Of a stretch of 56,497 nucleotides of DNA, positions 9,067 through 18,750 are shown one piece after another (position 1 is the stretch's first letter; each line of letters starts with the position of its first letter). The notes below the pieces were generated by a model. That model was not told the DNA's origin, did no database searches, and saw only the letters and a program-made list of their open reading frames with translations. Origin of the DNA: an uncultured Clostridia bacterium (GTDB lineage Bacteria; Bacillota; Clostridia; Peptostreptococcales; Anaerovoracaceae); assembly GCA_946006945.1 (NCBI GenBank), contig CAMFZN010000001.1:1-56497 (forward strand), in the 5' to 3' direction. The translations under genes were made by a program, and so were the position numbers.

Positions 9067-9095
9067 TTGACTAATCTCATCTTCACAGTAATAAT
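9067..9095 (+). promoter_or_regulatory. candidate promoter of the radical SAM gene
   Basis: TTGACT (9067-9072), 17-nt spacer, AATAAT (9090-9095). Confidence 0.45.
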
Positions 9096-9129
9096 TCAAG
9101 ATAAGGCTACGTACAAAAGGAGCATTCAC

Positions 9130-10170
9130 ATGAAGAAGCATGCCATAATTCCGATATTCATCCCGCATCTCGGCTGCCCGAACGACTGCGTTTTCTGCAA
9201 CCAGAGAAAGATTACCGCAAGGACCGAGGCGCCATCTGAGGAGGCTGTCAGGGCGACAATTGAAGAATGGCTTACAACACTTTCGGGAGTGGAGACTGTC
9301 GAGGTCGCCTTCTATGGCGGAAGCTTCACAGGCCTCGAGCTTGAGGAGCAGTCCGGCTATCTATCCGTTGCCGAGGAATTCCTCAGCCAGGGAAGAATCG
9401 ACGGTATTCACCTTTCGACGAGACCTGATTACATAGACCGGGAGATTCTTGATAATCTTAAGGCTCACCATGTCGGCACGATAGAGCTCGGAGTCCAGTC
9501 CTTCGACGACGAAGTTCTGAGGCTTTCGAGGAGAGGCCACACATCAGAAGATGTATACAGAGCTGCAGCTCTTATTAAAGAATACGGTTTTACGCTTGGA
9601 ATTCAGCTCATGATTGGACTGCCGGGAGACTCCGCTTCAAGCTGCAGCTATTCCGCGAAGGAAGCGGCGGCTCTCAAGCCTGAGCTTGCAAGGCTCTATC
9701 CTACAATCGTCCTCGACGACACAGAGCTTCTTAACATGTATGTAAGCGGCAGCTATGTGCCGCTTGAAAGGGAAGAGGCGGTCTCAAGAACTGCAGAAAT
9801 GTACAGGATTCTGGATGAGGCAGGAATCTACATCATGAGGGTAGGACTTAAGAGCACCGATATCATAGGTGACGGAGGTGCCATTAACGGAGGCACCTAT
9901 CATCCGGCATTCCGCCAGCTGGTTGAAGGCAGAATCATAAGAGACCGAATCGAGGCAGAGCTTGACAGCCTTGCAGAGCTCAAGGACGGAAGCGACGACG
10001 AACGCTCGGTCAAGGTCGACGTATTCTCGCATCCGTCGTGGTTCTCGAACATGGTGGGAAACTGCGGCTGCAACAAAGAATTTTTTGCACGAAAATACCC
10101 GAATCTCAATCTGAGATATCGGGTAGATAACAGTCTTAAGCCCGGACAGTGCCGGGTTGCTGTTAAATAA
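9130..10170 (+). CDS. radical SAM protein (ELP3-like, COG1243-type)
   Basis: ORF 9046..10170. Start chosen at ATG 9130 (AAAAGGAG RBS). It has the CPNDCVFCNQ CxxxCxxC cluster right at the N-terminus (IPIFIPHLGCPNDCVFCNQ). Confidence 0.75.
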   Translation: MKKHAIIPIFIPHLGCPNDCVFCNQRKITARTEAPSEEAVRATIEEWLTTLSGVETVEVAFYGGSFTGLELEEQSGYLSVAEEFLSQGRIDGIHLSTRPDYIDREILDNLKAHHVGTIELGVQSFDDEVLRLSRRGHTSEDVYRAAALIKEYGFTLGIQLMIGLPGDSASSCSYSAKEAAALKPELARLYPTIVLDDTELLNMYVSGSYVPLEREEAVSRTAEMYRILDEAGIYIMRVGLKSTDIIGDGGAINGGTYHPAFRQLVEGRIIRDRIEAELDSLAELKDGSDDERSVKVDVFSHPSWFSNMVGNCGCNKEFFARKYPNLNLRYRVDNSLKPGQCRVAVK

Positions 10171-10179
10171 GCCTGCTGC

Positions 10180-11082
10180 TTAAGCCTCTGCAGTCCTTCT
10201 CGCCTTGAAGGCATCATGTATTGAGATGAAGGACGCCGACAGAAGCAGCATAATTCCGACTATTGTATTCCACATGATGTTCTCATGCAGGATTATCACG
10301 GCTAGTACAGGTGCGATTGCGGGCTTGACGAAGAAGGTCAGAGAGCCTGTGGTCGCATCTGAATGTTTTATTCCGATGAAGTAGATAAGGTATCCGAAGC
10401 CTGTCACTATGATTCCTATGTACGCGAGGAGAAGCGGGCTTTCTGTCATTCCGCTGAACACAGGTCTTCCGCTCAGCGCTGTAATTGCCAGGAGCACGGC
10501 TGATCCCATGATGAAGCTTATGCAGGTCTGCGTGAAGGTTCCGATTCTTGCAAGGCTCCTTTTGCCCATGACGGTGTATGCCCCGAAAGTAATCGATGCT
10601 CCGAGCACGAGAAGAAGTCCGAGCGGAGTGTTTCCCGCCTGGACGTCCCAAGGTCTCATCATAAATACGCAGGCTATGATTCCGAGGGCGACTGAAATGA
10701 ATTTATCCCTGTCCATGTGCTCATCCGTGAAGATTGCTGCGATTGCCATAGTAAATATCGGATTCAGGCACATTATTGAAGCGGCTGTTGATGCGTTGCA
10801 GTTCTCGATTCCGATCTGGAAGAGAAGCATGCTCACCGGAATGCCCATACAGCCTACAAGAAAGAGCCAGGTGAGGTCGCGCGCCTGAAGCTTAAGACCT
10901 CTGTCCGTAAAGTTCTCCTTATATTCCTTCATCGCCATCGGCAGGAGCACCAGGCCTCCTATCAGAAATCGCAGGCCGGTAAGCTGCAGCGGGTCAAAGG
11001 TGTTTCCTCCAATCTTGAGCGCAATCTCCATCGTGCCGAATAGAAAAGCTGTCGTAACAATACATGCAATAACCTTCTTCAT
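10180..11082 (-). CDS. EamA/DMT family transporter
   Basis: ORF 10180..11097. Start at ATG 11082 (GGAGGAAAGAGAAATG). It is a 10-TM-like protein with two EamA-like halves. Confidence 0.7.
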   Translation of the reverse strand: MKKVIACIVTTAFLFGTMEIALKIGGNTFDPLQLTGLRFLIGGLVLLPMAMKEYKENFTDRGLKLQARDLTWLFLVGCMGIPVSMLLFQIGIENCNASTAASIMCLNPIFTMAIAAIFTDEHMDRDKFISVALGIIACVFMMRPWDVQAGNTPLGLLLVLGASITFGAYTVMGKRSLARIGTFTQTCISFIMGSAVLLAITALSGRPVFSGMTESPLLLAYIGIIVTGFGYLIYFIGIKHSDATTGSLTFFVKPAIAPVLAVIILHENIMWNTIVGIMLLLSASFISIHDAFKARRTAEA

Positions 11083-11111
11083 TTCTCTTTCCTCCAATCC
11101 AAAGCAGCCTC

Positions 11112-12215
11112 CTACTGCCTGATACTTGATACTGCCGATACAGCAAAGCTTTTAAGTATTCCTGTAATTACTTCCTTTGTTCCCTCATCAGCCTTGTTAA
11201 GCTCCCTGATAAGATTCAGCACATCAGTATGAGACATGCCGATGAGATCTGCAACGCTCTTAAGCCCGTTAGCATCGAGTGTGTCGAACAGCGTCTCCAC
11301 AACCCTTTCGCGTTCCTCATCTGTAGCCTCTTCGAGCCACTTCGATATCGTTCTGTCGAGGTACTGGCTCTTCCAGTCCTGCTCCTCGATATAATCGAAG
11401 CTGTCTTCCTTTACCTCCCAGGAATATGCTGAATGCTGCATTATTATTCCGGAGGCGTAGTTTCTTACGACCCTGCGCTCTCCGTAGTTTCTAAGGAGCA
11501 TTCCCACAAGAGATAGCTCAGGATTGATTCTAATCACATTAAGGCCGCTTTCTGCAATGACCTTCTCAATTACTTCACCGGCGCTCGAGCTGAAGCCCGG
11601 GCCGTCCATCGAGTATACAGCCTCTATGCTTTTTCTTACTTCCCTTGAGCACATGCATGCAGCATAAACGGCAAGATTGCCGCCCTTGGAATGACCTGTC
11701 ACATACAGACGTCTTCCCCTGAGGCCTCCCCAGCCTCCGAAATGCCTGTCGAGGTACGCCGCTGCTTCAATCTGTGAAGGTATCTCATCCTGAAAAGAAA
11801 GCAGGAAATCCTCCTTCCAGCCTACAAGGCTTCCATCGGTTCCTCTGAAGGCAGCTACCGACGTATTGCTGTCTATGTCAAAAATCATAGCGGCGAACTG
11901 CATGCTCCTCTCGCTGCTGCTCAGCGCCGTAATATCCCTTATAACGACATCTCTGAATCTTCTGCTCGCTGAGAGTGCTGCAAGAAGCCTTATGTTCTCA
12001 TCATCTGTTATCGCATCGCAGAAAACCCTGTCGAAGTATTCTGCCATGTAATAGTCTTTTATTCTTGCACCGCTTCTCCACCTGCGCCCTGCCGCCTGAT
12101 CGACCGCTTCAAGCTTGGCGTATGAAAACTGAGCAAGCACAAGACTGTCCACCTCGTTGAAGGGCAGCTCGCTGAATGTTCTGCTGCTGCCAAGAACGTA
12201 GCTAATGATATCCAT
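11112..12215 (-). CDS. DUF2974 (Mbeg1-like) alpha/beta-hydrolase-fold protein
   Basis: 367-aa ORF with the nucleophile-elbow motif GHSKGG. The start overlaps the stop of the upstream ClC gene by 1 nt. Confidence 0.6.
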   Translation of the reverse strand: MDIISYVLGSSRTFSELPFNEVDSLVLAQFSYAKLEAVDQAAGRRWRSGARIKDYYMAEYFDRVFCDAITDDENIRLLAALSASRRFRDVVIRDITALSSSERSMQFAAMIFDIDSNTSVAAFRGTDGSLVGWKEDFLLSFQDEIPSQIEAAAYLDRHFGGWGGLRGRRLYVTGHSKGGNLAVYAACMCSREVRKSIEAVYSMDGPGFSSSAGEVIEKVIAESGLNVIRINPELSLVGMLLRNYGERRVVRNYASGIIMQHSAYSWEVKEDSFDYIEEQDWKSQYLDRTISKWLEEATDEERERVVETLFDTLDANGLKSVADLIGMSHTDVLNLIRELNKADEGTKEVITGILKSFAVSAVSSIRQ

Positions 12216-13840
12216 TACAACCTCCCGACCTCGTCAAAGGTCTGACACTTCTCCTTGAGAAGCGTCTTCATCTCGGCGATTTCACTCGCCCTGCAAAGAA
12301 TCTCAAGCCTGTCTCCTGCCTTAAGAAGAGTATCACCCGCCGGGATGAACTCACTGCCGTCTCTCAGAACCGCAACTATCAGACTTCCCTTAGGGAAGCT
12401 GAGCGCCTTGATCATACGGCCGTCAATGTACGAGCCCATATGAATGTCCTGATAGAGGATGACCTTTCTTTCGGTAGTCTTTTTGCGCTCCCTGTCCTCC
12501 TTCAGTGTCGCCTGGCCTCTCATCCTTCTGTTCCACAGCTGCTCATAGATTGGCTCGCTGCCCATAAGATCCGCCACCGTGTATGCAATTAACGACACAA
12601 TTACAAGCGACAGGAAACTTGAGAACTCACCCGTCATCTCCGTAATCAGAATGATTCCTGTTGCCGGAGCCCTTACGATTGAAGCAAAAAGTCCGGCCAT
12701 CGATATCACAACAAAGAAGCCGATATATTTCTCGTCGATTCCGCAGAGAGCTGTCAGTGCCCTCGAGCAAAGACCGCCCGATATCGCGCCAAGAACGAGC
12801 AGAGGCAGGAATATTCCTCCCGGAGCTCCCGAGCCGAAGCAGCCCGTTGAGAAGACAAGCTTCACAATAAGAAGAACCGCAAGAGCCTTAATGCCGAAGT
12901 CTCCCCGTCCGATCTGGCCGACCAGGTCGCTTCCGCTTCCAAGCGCCGTTGGATAGATGTAGTACATTGCAAACACTATCGCGTAAATCGCTGCCATCCT
13001 AGCAGCAACCGGCATCACATCGCCGTTTATACGCTTAGCAAGACGCCCGAAGGCATTCTGCATCAGCTCAATCGTATTGTTGTATACGAAGCCGAGCAGA
13101 CCAAGCACAAGGCCGAGCACCACAAGCACCCAGTAATGCCCCGCAGGAAGAGCCTCAAAGCCCCTTATATCGAAAACCGGCTCAACACCGACTATCTGAA
13201 TCGCAACATAATCACTCACTGCCGTCGCAACGAGAGTCGTAATCAGCACAAGTGCGCTGAAGGTCTGATGAAGCTCCTCCAGTGCAAAAATCGCTCCGGC
13301 AAGCGGAGCCCCGAAGGCCGCCGATATTCCGGCACCTGCTCCGCAGGTGAGAAGAAGTCTCTCCTCCGTCATTAGACGATGCGTTCTTCTTGCGAAGCCC
13401 TTGCCTATCATCGCACCGAGCTGTATGCTCGGACCCTCTCTTCCTAGCGCAAGTCCGCTTCCGATTGTAAGCGCACAGCCTGCGAACTTCGCACTGAGCA
13501 CTTTCGCCCAGTTCATGTCAAGGTGCCCTCTTAGCTCTCCCTCAACCTGAGGGATTCCGGAGCCGCCGATCTCAGGCTCTGCTATGAGAAGAAAGGTTAC
13601 ACAGACTGCAATAACAAAAAGAATCACGGCAAGCCAAAATCCGCCTGACAGACCCTTGTCTGTAAGCTCAAGAAGCATCTCTTTAATATTCTCCGCCTTG
13701 CCAAGCAGCCATCTGAAGCATCCAACAACGACGCCGGTAAGAACACCGACCGCAATCGCTTCTATAAGCAGCGCATACTGGAAGCTTCTGACTCTGTTTA
13801 GATTCTTTTCGATCGAACTCACGGTATTATCTCCTGCCAT
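12215..13840 (-). CDS. ClC family chloride channel/H+-Cl- antiporter with C-terminal TrkA-C domain
   Basis: 541-aa ORF containing the ClC selectivity motifs GSGIPQ and GREGP, plus GxFxP (GGIFLP). Confidence 0.85.
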   Translation of the reverse strand: MAGDNTVSSIEKNLNRVRSFQYALLIEAIAVGVLTGVVVGCFRWLLGKAENIKEMLLELTDKGLSGGFWLAVILFVIAVCVTFLLIAEPEIGGSGIPQVEGELRGHLDMNWAKVLSAKFAGCALTIGSGLALGREGPSIQLGAMIGKGFARRTHRLMTEERLLLTCGAGAGISAAFGAPLAGAIFALEELHQTFSALVLITTLVATAVSDYVAIQIVGVEPVFDIRGFEALPAGHYWVLVVLGLVLGLLGFVYNNTIELMQNAFGRLAKRINGDVMPVAARMAAIYAIVFAMYYIYPTALGSGSDLVGQIGRGDFGIKALAVLLIVKLVFSTGCFGSGAPGGIFLPLLVLGAISGGLCSRALTALCGIDEKYIGFFVVISMAGLFASIVRAPATGIILITEMTGEFSSFLSLVIVSLIAYTVADLMGSEPIYEQLWNRRMRGQATLKEDRERKKTTERKVILYQDIHMGSYIDGRMIKALSFPKGSLIVAVLRDGSEFIPAGDTLLKAGDRLEILCRASEIAEMKTLLKEKCQTFDEVGRL

Positions 13841-13849
13841 GTATTACAC

Positions 13850-13884
13850 AAAAAAAGAGCTACTTATCATCATAGCTCTTTTTG
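13850..13884 (-). terminator. intrinsic terminator after the DUF1846 gene
   Basis: AAAAAAAGAGCTA...TAGCTCTTTTT: a 7-bp stem with flanking A/T runs. Confidence 0.65.
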
Positions 13885-13894
13885 TAATAATTAT

Positions 13895-15406
13895 CTACTC
13901 TGAGTAAAGATTATCTCCAACGTACTCAGGATTGCTTGTGATATCAATTCCAAGTGACTTGATTGCCTGCTCGTCCTTGTCACTCAGAATTGCCGTGCAG
14001 TGAGCGATGCAGCCTCTCAGCTTAGGAATCTCTGCGAGGGCGAGCTCTGCGTTAGGGTTGGTAATCTTGGTGAGTGTAAGAGCCATGATTACCTCCTCGA
14101 CATCGAGAGCCTTATCATCCCTGAATACATTCTCCTTAGTCTCAATGAGGCTGTCAAGAATCTGCTTCGAGATGATGAGCATCTTGTCGTCGATTCCGGC
14201 AAGCTTCTTAAGCGCATTCAGAACTACAGCCGCAGTCGATACCATGCCGTAGCTGTTTCTTCCTGTAACTATACTGCCGTCTGGAAGCTCAAGTGCTGTT
14301 ACGATAATATTCTCGAATCTGTCAGGATCCTCCTGCTTCTTAAGCTCTGCATAGTCCTCTGCAGGCTTAACAACAGGTCTTGAATATCTTGTGCAGCCGA
14401 CCTCCTCCATGAGAAGCTTCATTCTCTCAAGAGTCGAGTCGTCAATCTTTCCCTTCTTATATGAACACTCTGCGATCAGGTATCTTCTTACTATCTCCTG
14501 CTTTGCCGCCTCGCAGCATGCCTCGTCATCTACAATCGCAAATCCCGCTCTGTTTACTCCCATATCGGTCGGCGACATGTATCCGTCATCGCTGCCTGTG
14601 ATTTTGCGCAGGATTCTCTTAAGAACAGGGAATGCATCTACATCTCTGTTGTAGTTTACAGCCACCTCATTGTACGCATCGAGATGGAACGGGTCGATCA
14701 TGTTTACGTCCTTAAGGTCGGCAGTAGCTGCCTCGTAGGCGATGTTCACAGGGTGCTTAAGCGGAATGCTCCAGATAGGGAAGGTCTCGAACTTCGCATA
14801 TCTTGCCTTGTTGCCTCGCTTATACTCGTGATAAACCTGGCTGAGCGATGTTGCGAGCTTGCCCGAACCGCCACCCGGACCTGTTACAACGATCAGAGGC
14901 TTTGTAACCTCGATGTACGGGTTAGCACCGTATCCCTCGTCGCTTACGATAGTATCGACATCTGTAGGATATCCCTTTGTGAATCTGTGCTTGTATGTTC
15001 TGATGCCGCGTCTCTCAAGCTTGTTAATGAAAGTGTTGACAGGCTGCGCATCCTCATATCTTGTAACTACTACTGAATTAATCTCAAGGTCATAGCTTCT
15101 GAACATGTCAATAAGTCTCATAACCTCAAGATCATATGTGATTCCGAAATCCTGGCGTGTCTTGTTCGCAATGATATCCCCGGCATAAATGCAGATTATT
15201 ATCTCCGCCTTATCCTTCATTTTCTGCAAAAGCTTAATCTTGGCATTCTCATCAAATCCCGGCAGGACCCTCATGGCATGCTTGTCCTGTACAAGCTTGC
15301 CGCCGAACTCTAGGTACAGTCTTCCTTCTCCGCTCTTTATTCTCTCAAGAATATACTTTGACTGCTCATCGATGTACTTCTCTGCACTAAAACCGGTTCT
15401 GTTCAT
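13895..15406 (-). CDS. DUF1846 (UPF0371) family protein
   Basis: ORF 13895..15412. ATG 15406 is preferred (GAGGG 7 nt upstream). It is about 500 aa with the N-terminus [22 protein letters not shown], characteristic of UPF0371. Function unknown. Confidence 0.65.
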   Translation of the reverse strand: MNRTGFSAEKYIDEQSKYILERIKSGEGRLYLEFGGKLVQDKHAMRVLPGFDENAKIKLLQKMKDKAEIIICIYAGDIIANKTRQDFGITYDLEVMRLIDMFRSYDLEINSVVVTRYEDAQPVNTFINKLERRGIRTYKHRFTKGYPTDVDTIVSDEGYGANPYIEVTKPLIVVTGPGGGSGKLATSLSQVYHEYKRGNKARYAKFETFPIWSIPLKHPVNIAYEAATADLKDVNMIDPFHLDAYNEVAVNYNRDVDAFPVLKRILRKITGSDDGYMSPTDMGVNRAGFAIVDDEACCEAAKQEIVRRYLIAECSYKKGKIDDSTLERMKLLMEEVGCTRYSRPVVKPAEDYAELKKQEDPDRFENIIVTALELPDGSIVTGRNSYGMVSTAAVVLNALKKLAGIDDKMLIISKQILDSLIETKENVFRDDKALDVEEVIMALTLTKITNPNAELALAEIPKLRGCIAHCTAILSDKDEQAIKSLGIDITSNPEYVGDNLYSE

Positions 15407-15455
15407 TATCACACCCTCTTTCCTTCAGTAAATAATTCTCGCTTGGTTATTCCGG

Positions 15456-15926
15456 CTATTCCTTTATCTCGACATCAAGCTTGGTTCTTCTTGAATATGC
15501 ATCATCGAACCTTATCTTGTAGTCTACGCTTACCTTGCCCATTCCTTCCTCGTCAAGCTCTATGTTAACCTTGTTGGTATACACCTCAAGATCAATGGAC
15601 CTCAGCATAGGGATGTGATATCTGGTAACCGTCATCATGCCCTCCTCTAACTGCATGTCCATGGTCAGCTCCTCATCCTTGCCGTATCTCTTTATGTTAA
15701 TCGCATTGTCCTTGACCTTCAGAACGGCTCTTGAATCCTCAAGGCCTGTCTCGGCAGACTCGTTGTATGTGACATAGGTTGCATTAGCCTTCTTGTACAG
15801 CTGACCGTCTGTCAGTATCTCAACCGAGTCCTCAAGCTCAAGCTCCCTGAGGAAAGCCTCTCCGCTGGGCTTAAGATTCTCAATATACTGATTGCTTATA
15901 ATTCTTAATGATACTTCTTTTTTCAT
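15456..15926 (-). CDS. DUF1934 (YwiB-like) small beta-barrel protein
   Basis: 156-aa acidic ORF. The family call comes from recall of overall pattern and size only. Confidence 0.45.
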   Translation of the reverse strand: MKKEVSLRIISNQYIENLKPSGEAFLRELELEDSVEILTDGQLYKKANATYVTYNESAETGLEDSRAVLKVKDNAINIKRYGKDEELTMDMQLEEGMMTVTRYHIPMLRSIDLEVYTNKVNIELDEEGMGKVSVDYKIRFDDAYSRRTKLDVEIKE

Positions 15927-16045
15927 AACTTAATTATTATAATACTTTTACGTTTAATGGCAACTTGTTTTTACTCTTTTCTCAAACGACATATTTTCTT
16001 CATATTGTATTTCTATAATCTATTCAACTTAAGGAGGGGGAGCAT

Positions 16046-17521
16046 ATGAGTGATACTATTAACAACAATCAGAATCCTTACCAGCGCATCATAGATGCTT
16101 CAGACGAAATAACCACTGAAAACACTGGGATGAACGATATTCCTGAAGAAACTGAGAATCCGGTTAATGAAGAGGATAATACTGCAGAGGAGTCAGCAGT
16201 AAATCAGTCTGATTCAACTGATGTCATTGACACAGTATTTGAGACAGCATCATCACCATGTTATTCAACCGTGGATGAAAACGATGATTTCGAATTTGTC
16301 AAATCCGTAAGAAGTCACGAAAGAGCACATACGGTGAAAGAGCCTCACATGTACCGCAAAGACCATTCGAACACAGTAAGCTATGTAACCAGGAAATTCT
16401 ATGTTCTTTCTCTAATTGTGGTAATGATATTTACAGCAGCAGTCAGCACCGCAGCTTCTGTATTAATAGTAAGAAACATTTCCGGATCACAGGGGTCGTA
16501 TTCCAACCTTACATCATCATCAATTGATAAGTCTTCCGGAAGTCAGCTCAGCACACAGGAGATAATCGCAAAGAACATTGATGCTGTTGTAGAGATTACT
16601 ACAGCTTCAGTATCGACTAACATGTTCGGTCAGCAATCCATCTCTGAAGGCGCAGGAAGCGGAGTAATAGTCAATAAAGACGGATACATTGCTACCAACA
16701 ATCACGTAATAGACGGTGCGAAAACAATTAGTGTTACGCTCCACAACGGAAACTCTTATACTGCAAAGCTTGTGGGAACAGATCCTGAGAACGATATCGC
16801 TGTAATAAAGATTTCTGCATCAGATCTTACTGTTGCAGAGCTTGGAGACAGCTCTAAGCTTTCAGTAGGAGATCAGACGGTTGCAATAGGCAACCCTCTC
16901 GGAAGTCTGGGCGGTACAGCAACAACAGGAATCATCAGCGCACTTGAAAGAAGACTTACAATTAATGACACAACGCTTGATCTTCTTCAGACCGATTCAG
17001 CAATTAACCCGGGTAACTCCGGAGGAGGTCTTTTCAACGGAGCAGGAGAGCTTATCGGAATAGTTGTCGCAAAGAGCTCAGGCACCGGAATCGAAGGTCT
17101 AGGCTTCGCAATTCCTATCAATTCGGTTGCTGACATAATTGACAGTCTTATTGATAAGGGTGTGGCTCCGGACAAGGCTTTTGTCGGAATCACTATCAGA
17201 GATATTGACAGTGATTATGCCGAATACTACCATCTCGACGGTGCCGGCGTATATATCGTAAACGTTACTTCTGATGAGGCGGACAAAGCAGGACTCAGAT
17301 CCGGTGACAAGATTATCTCAATCAACGGCAAGAAGGTTTCAAACAGCTCTGACTTCAAGGCTCGCGTTCACGAGAATGAAGTAGGCGACACCGTTACAAT
17401 AGTAATCTCCAGAGAAGGCAAGGAGAAGGAGATAAAGGTTAAGCTCACATCAGAGTCTGACAATGTAAGTCCTGAGGGCTCAGCAGACGGCGGTCAGCAG
17501 GATTCCGGACAGGGCTTCTAG
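16046..17521 (+). CDS. htrA: HtrA/DegP-type trypsin-like serine protease with TM anchor and PDZ domain
   Basis: Strong RBS AAGGAGGGGG. Catalytic motifs TNNHVI (His), DIAVIK (Asp) and GNSGGGL (Ser). There is a TM segment near residue 120 and a C-terminal PDZ-like region. Confidence 0.9.
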   Translation: MSDTINNNQNPYQRIIDASDEITTENTGMNDIPEETENPVNEEDNTAEESAVNQSDSTDVIDTVFETASSPCYSTVDENDDFEFVKSVRSHERAHTVKEPHMYRKDHSNTVSYVTRKFYVLSLIVVMIFTAAVSTAASVLIVRNISGSQGSYSNLTSSSIDKSSGSQLSTQEIIAKNIDAVVEITTASVSTNMFGQQSISEGAGSGVIVNKDGYIATNNHVIDGAKTISVTLHNGNSYTAKLVGTDPENDIAVIKISASDLTVAELGDSSKLSVGDQTVAIGNPLGSLGGTATTGIISALERRLTINDTTLDLLQTDSAINPGNSGGGLFNGAGELIGIVVAKSSGTGIEGLGFAIPINSVADIIDSLIDKGVAPDKAFVGITIRDIDSDYAEYYHLDGAGVYIVNVTSDEADKAGLRSGDKIISINGKKVSNSSDFKARVHENEVGDTVTIVISREGKEKEIKVKLTSESDNVSPEGSADGGQQDSGQGF

Positions 17522-17522
17522 T

Positions 17523-17664
17523 GCCAAAGAACAAGCAACAGTTTTGCGACGTTATTTTGCGTCAGTTCAAGGCGCCAAGCTGCCGAGCAGCGGAGCGTAC
17601 CTGTAGTACGTGAGCAGCACAGGACAGCGCAGGCAACGCAGAAATGGCGCCAAAGAACAAGCAA
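17523..17664. repeat. 16-bp direct repeats (GCCAAAGAACAAGCAA at 17523-17538 and 17649-17664) flanking a GC-rich 110-nt insert
   Basis: Read directly. The repeat is 18/19 identical when extended by 3 nt upstream. The first copy begins right after the htrA stop and the second abuts the terminator. Confidence 0.7.
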
Positions 17665-17667
17665 AAA

Positions 17668-17716
17668 GCGGTAAACGGGTTATTATGATAACTCCCGTCT
17701 GCCGCTTCTTTATTTT
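17668..17716. terminator. intrinsic terminator shared by htrA and the convergent YitT gene
   Basis: GCGGTAAACGGG...CCCGTCTGCCGC: a 12-bp stem with two G-U-type mismatches, AAAAA upstream and TTCTTTATTTT downstream. Confidence 0.6.
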
Positions 17717-17730
17717 GCCCGTATATGCTG

Positions 17731-18651
17731 TTACTGCCTCTCTTCTTTCTCTCTGTCGAGTCCGTGGGTTCTTTCTGATACCTTCTTTACGTAGTCCTCG
17801 TCCATGAACCAGTGTGTGAAGCCGTTGCCGTTGACCTCGTTGACGCTGCTTACTGTTATGAATGCGTGCGGGTCTATATCAAGGGCTGTACGCTTTACTC
17901 TCGCATGCGTCCTTGTGCTTGATACGCAGAGAATGACGTCCTTCGGCTCCTGAAGGTATCCGCTGGTCATGTGGATTATTGAGGTTCCGTATCCGATTTC
18001 GAGAAGAGTCTCATTTATTTCCTTGGTTTTGTCACTGAATATGAGAGACTGTATGCCGCCCTGGTTCATGACAATCATTCTGTTCATTACGATTGAATAG
18101 ATGCCGGCATATAGAATTCCGAGGATTACTCCGTTGGTCTTTGTTACAGGGAGCTGGAGCAGGAAGATTCCGATGTCGATTGCCGACATTGCAGGGGCTA
18201 CCTTGATTCCGAATTTTTTGTTAAGAATAATCGGCGGTACATCGATACCTCCGGTTGAGCCTCCTACTCGGATGATCATGCCGAGTCCGATACCGTCAAG
18301 CACGCCCGCGCAGAGCGCTGCGAGAAGGGGGTCGTCTACAAGATGGTGAAGTCCTGTTGCAGCCTCGAAGATACCGAGGAAAATCGGGAAGGTTACCGTT
18401 CCGACGATTGTATTCATTGCGAACTTCTTGCCCAGCATCAGGAAGCCTGTCACGAACAGGATAATGTTGAACACTGTTACTGTGCCGGTGATGCTGAAGC
18501 CGAAGAATACGTTAAACATTCTGCCCACTCCGGACAGACCTGATACTACCATATCATACGGCAGGGCGAAGCAGGCAATGGCAAAAGCGCTCAATGCATT
18601 TCCGATTACAATCTGCCCGCAATCAAGAAGATATTTTTTCTTTGAATTCAT
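17731..18651 (-). CDS. YitT family membrane protein (DUF161 repeats + DUF2179)
   Basis: ORF 17731..18675. ATG 18651 is preferred (GGAGG 8 nt upstream). It has a polytopic N-terminus and a soluble C-terminal DUF2179-like domain (IDPHAFITVSSVNEVNGNGF). Confidence 0.7.
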   Translation of the reverse strand: MNSKKKYLLDCGQIVIGNALSAFAIACFALPYDMVVSGLSGVGRMFNVFFGFSITGTVTVFNIILFVTGFLMLGKKFAMNTIVGTVTFPIFLGIFEAATGLHHLVDDPLLAALCAGVLDGIGLGMIIRVGGSTGGIDVPPIILNKKFGIKVAPAMSAIDIGIFLLQLPVTKTNGVILGILYAGIYSIVMNRMIVMNQGGIQSLIFSDKTKEINETLLEIGYGTSIIHMTSGYLQEPKDVILCVSSTRTHARVKRTALDIDPHAFITVSSVNEVNGNGFTHWFMDEDYVKKVSERTHGLDREKEERQ

Positions 18652-18750
18652 TTGCATTTCCTCCTTTATGAACACTCACTGATTGAGTTTATTTGCTTTT
18701 GTGATATTATTGTAAATGGCTTTATTATTATTTTATAAGGAGATTTGAAC

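Noticed and set aside
17519-17672. The htrA reading frame stays open for about 49 codons past its TAG stop, which could suggest stop-codon read-through
   Set aside because: An open run of that length is expected by chance roughly one time in ten. The extension has no protease or PDZ-like features. The region is better explained as the repeat-flanked insert reported above.
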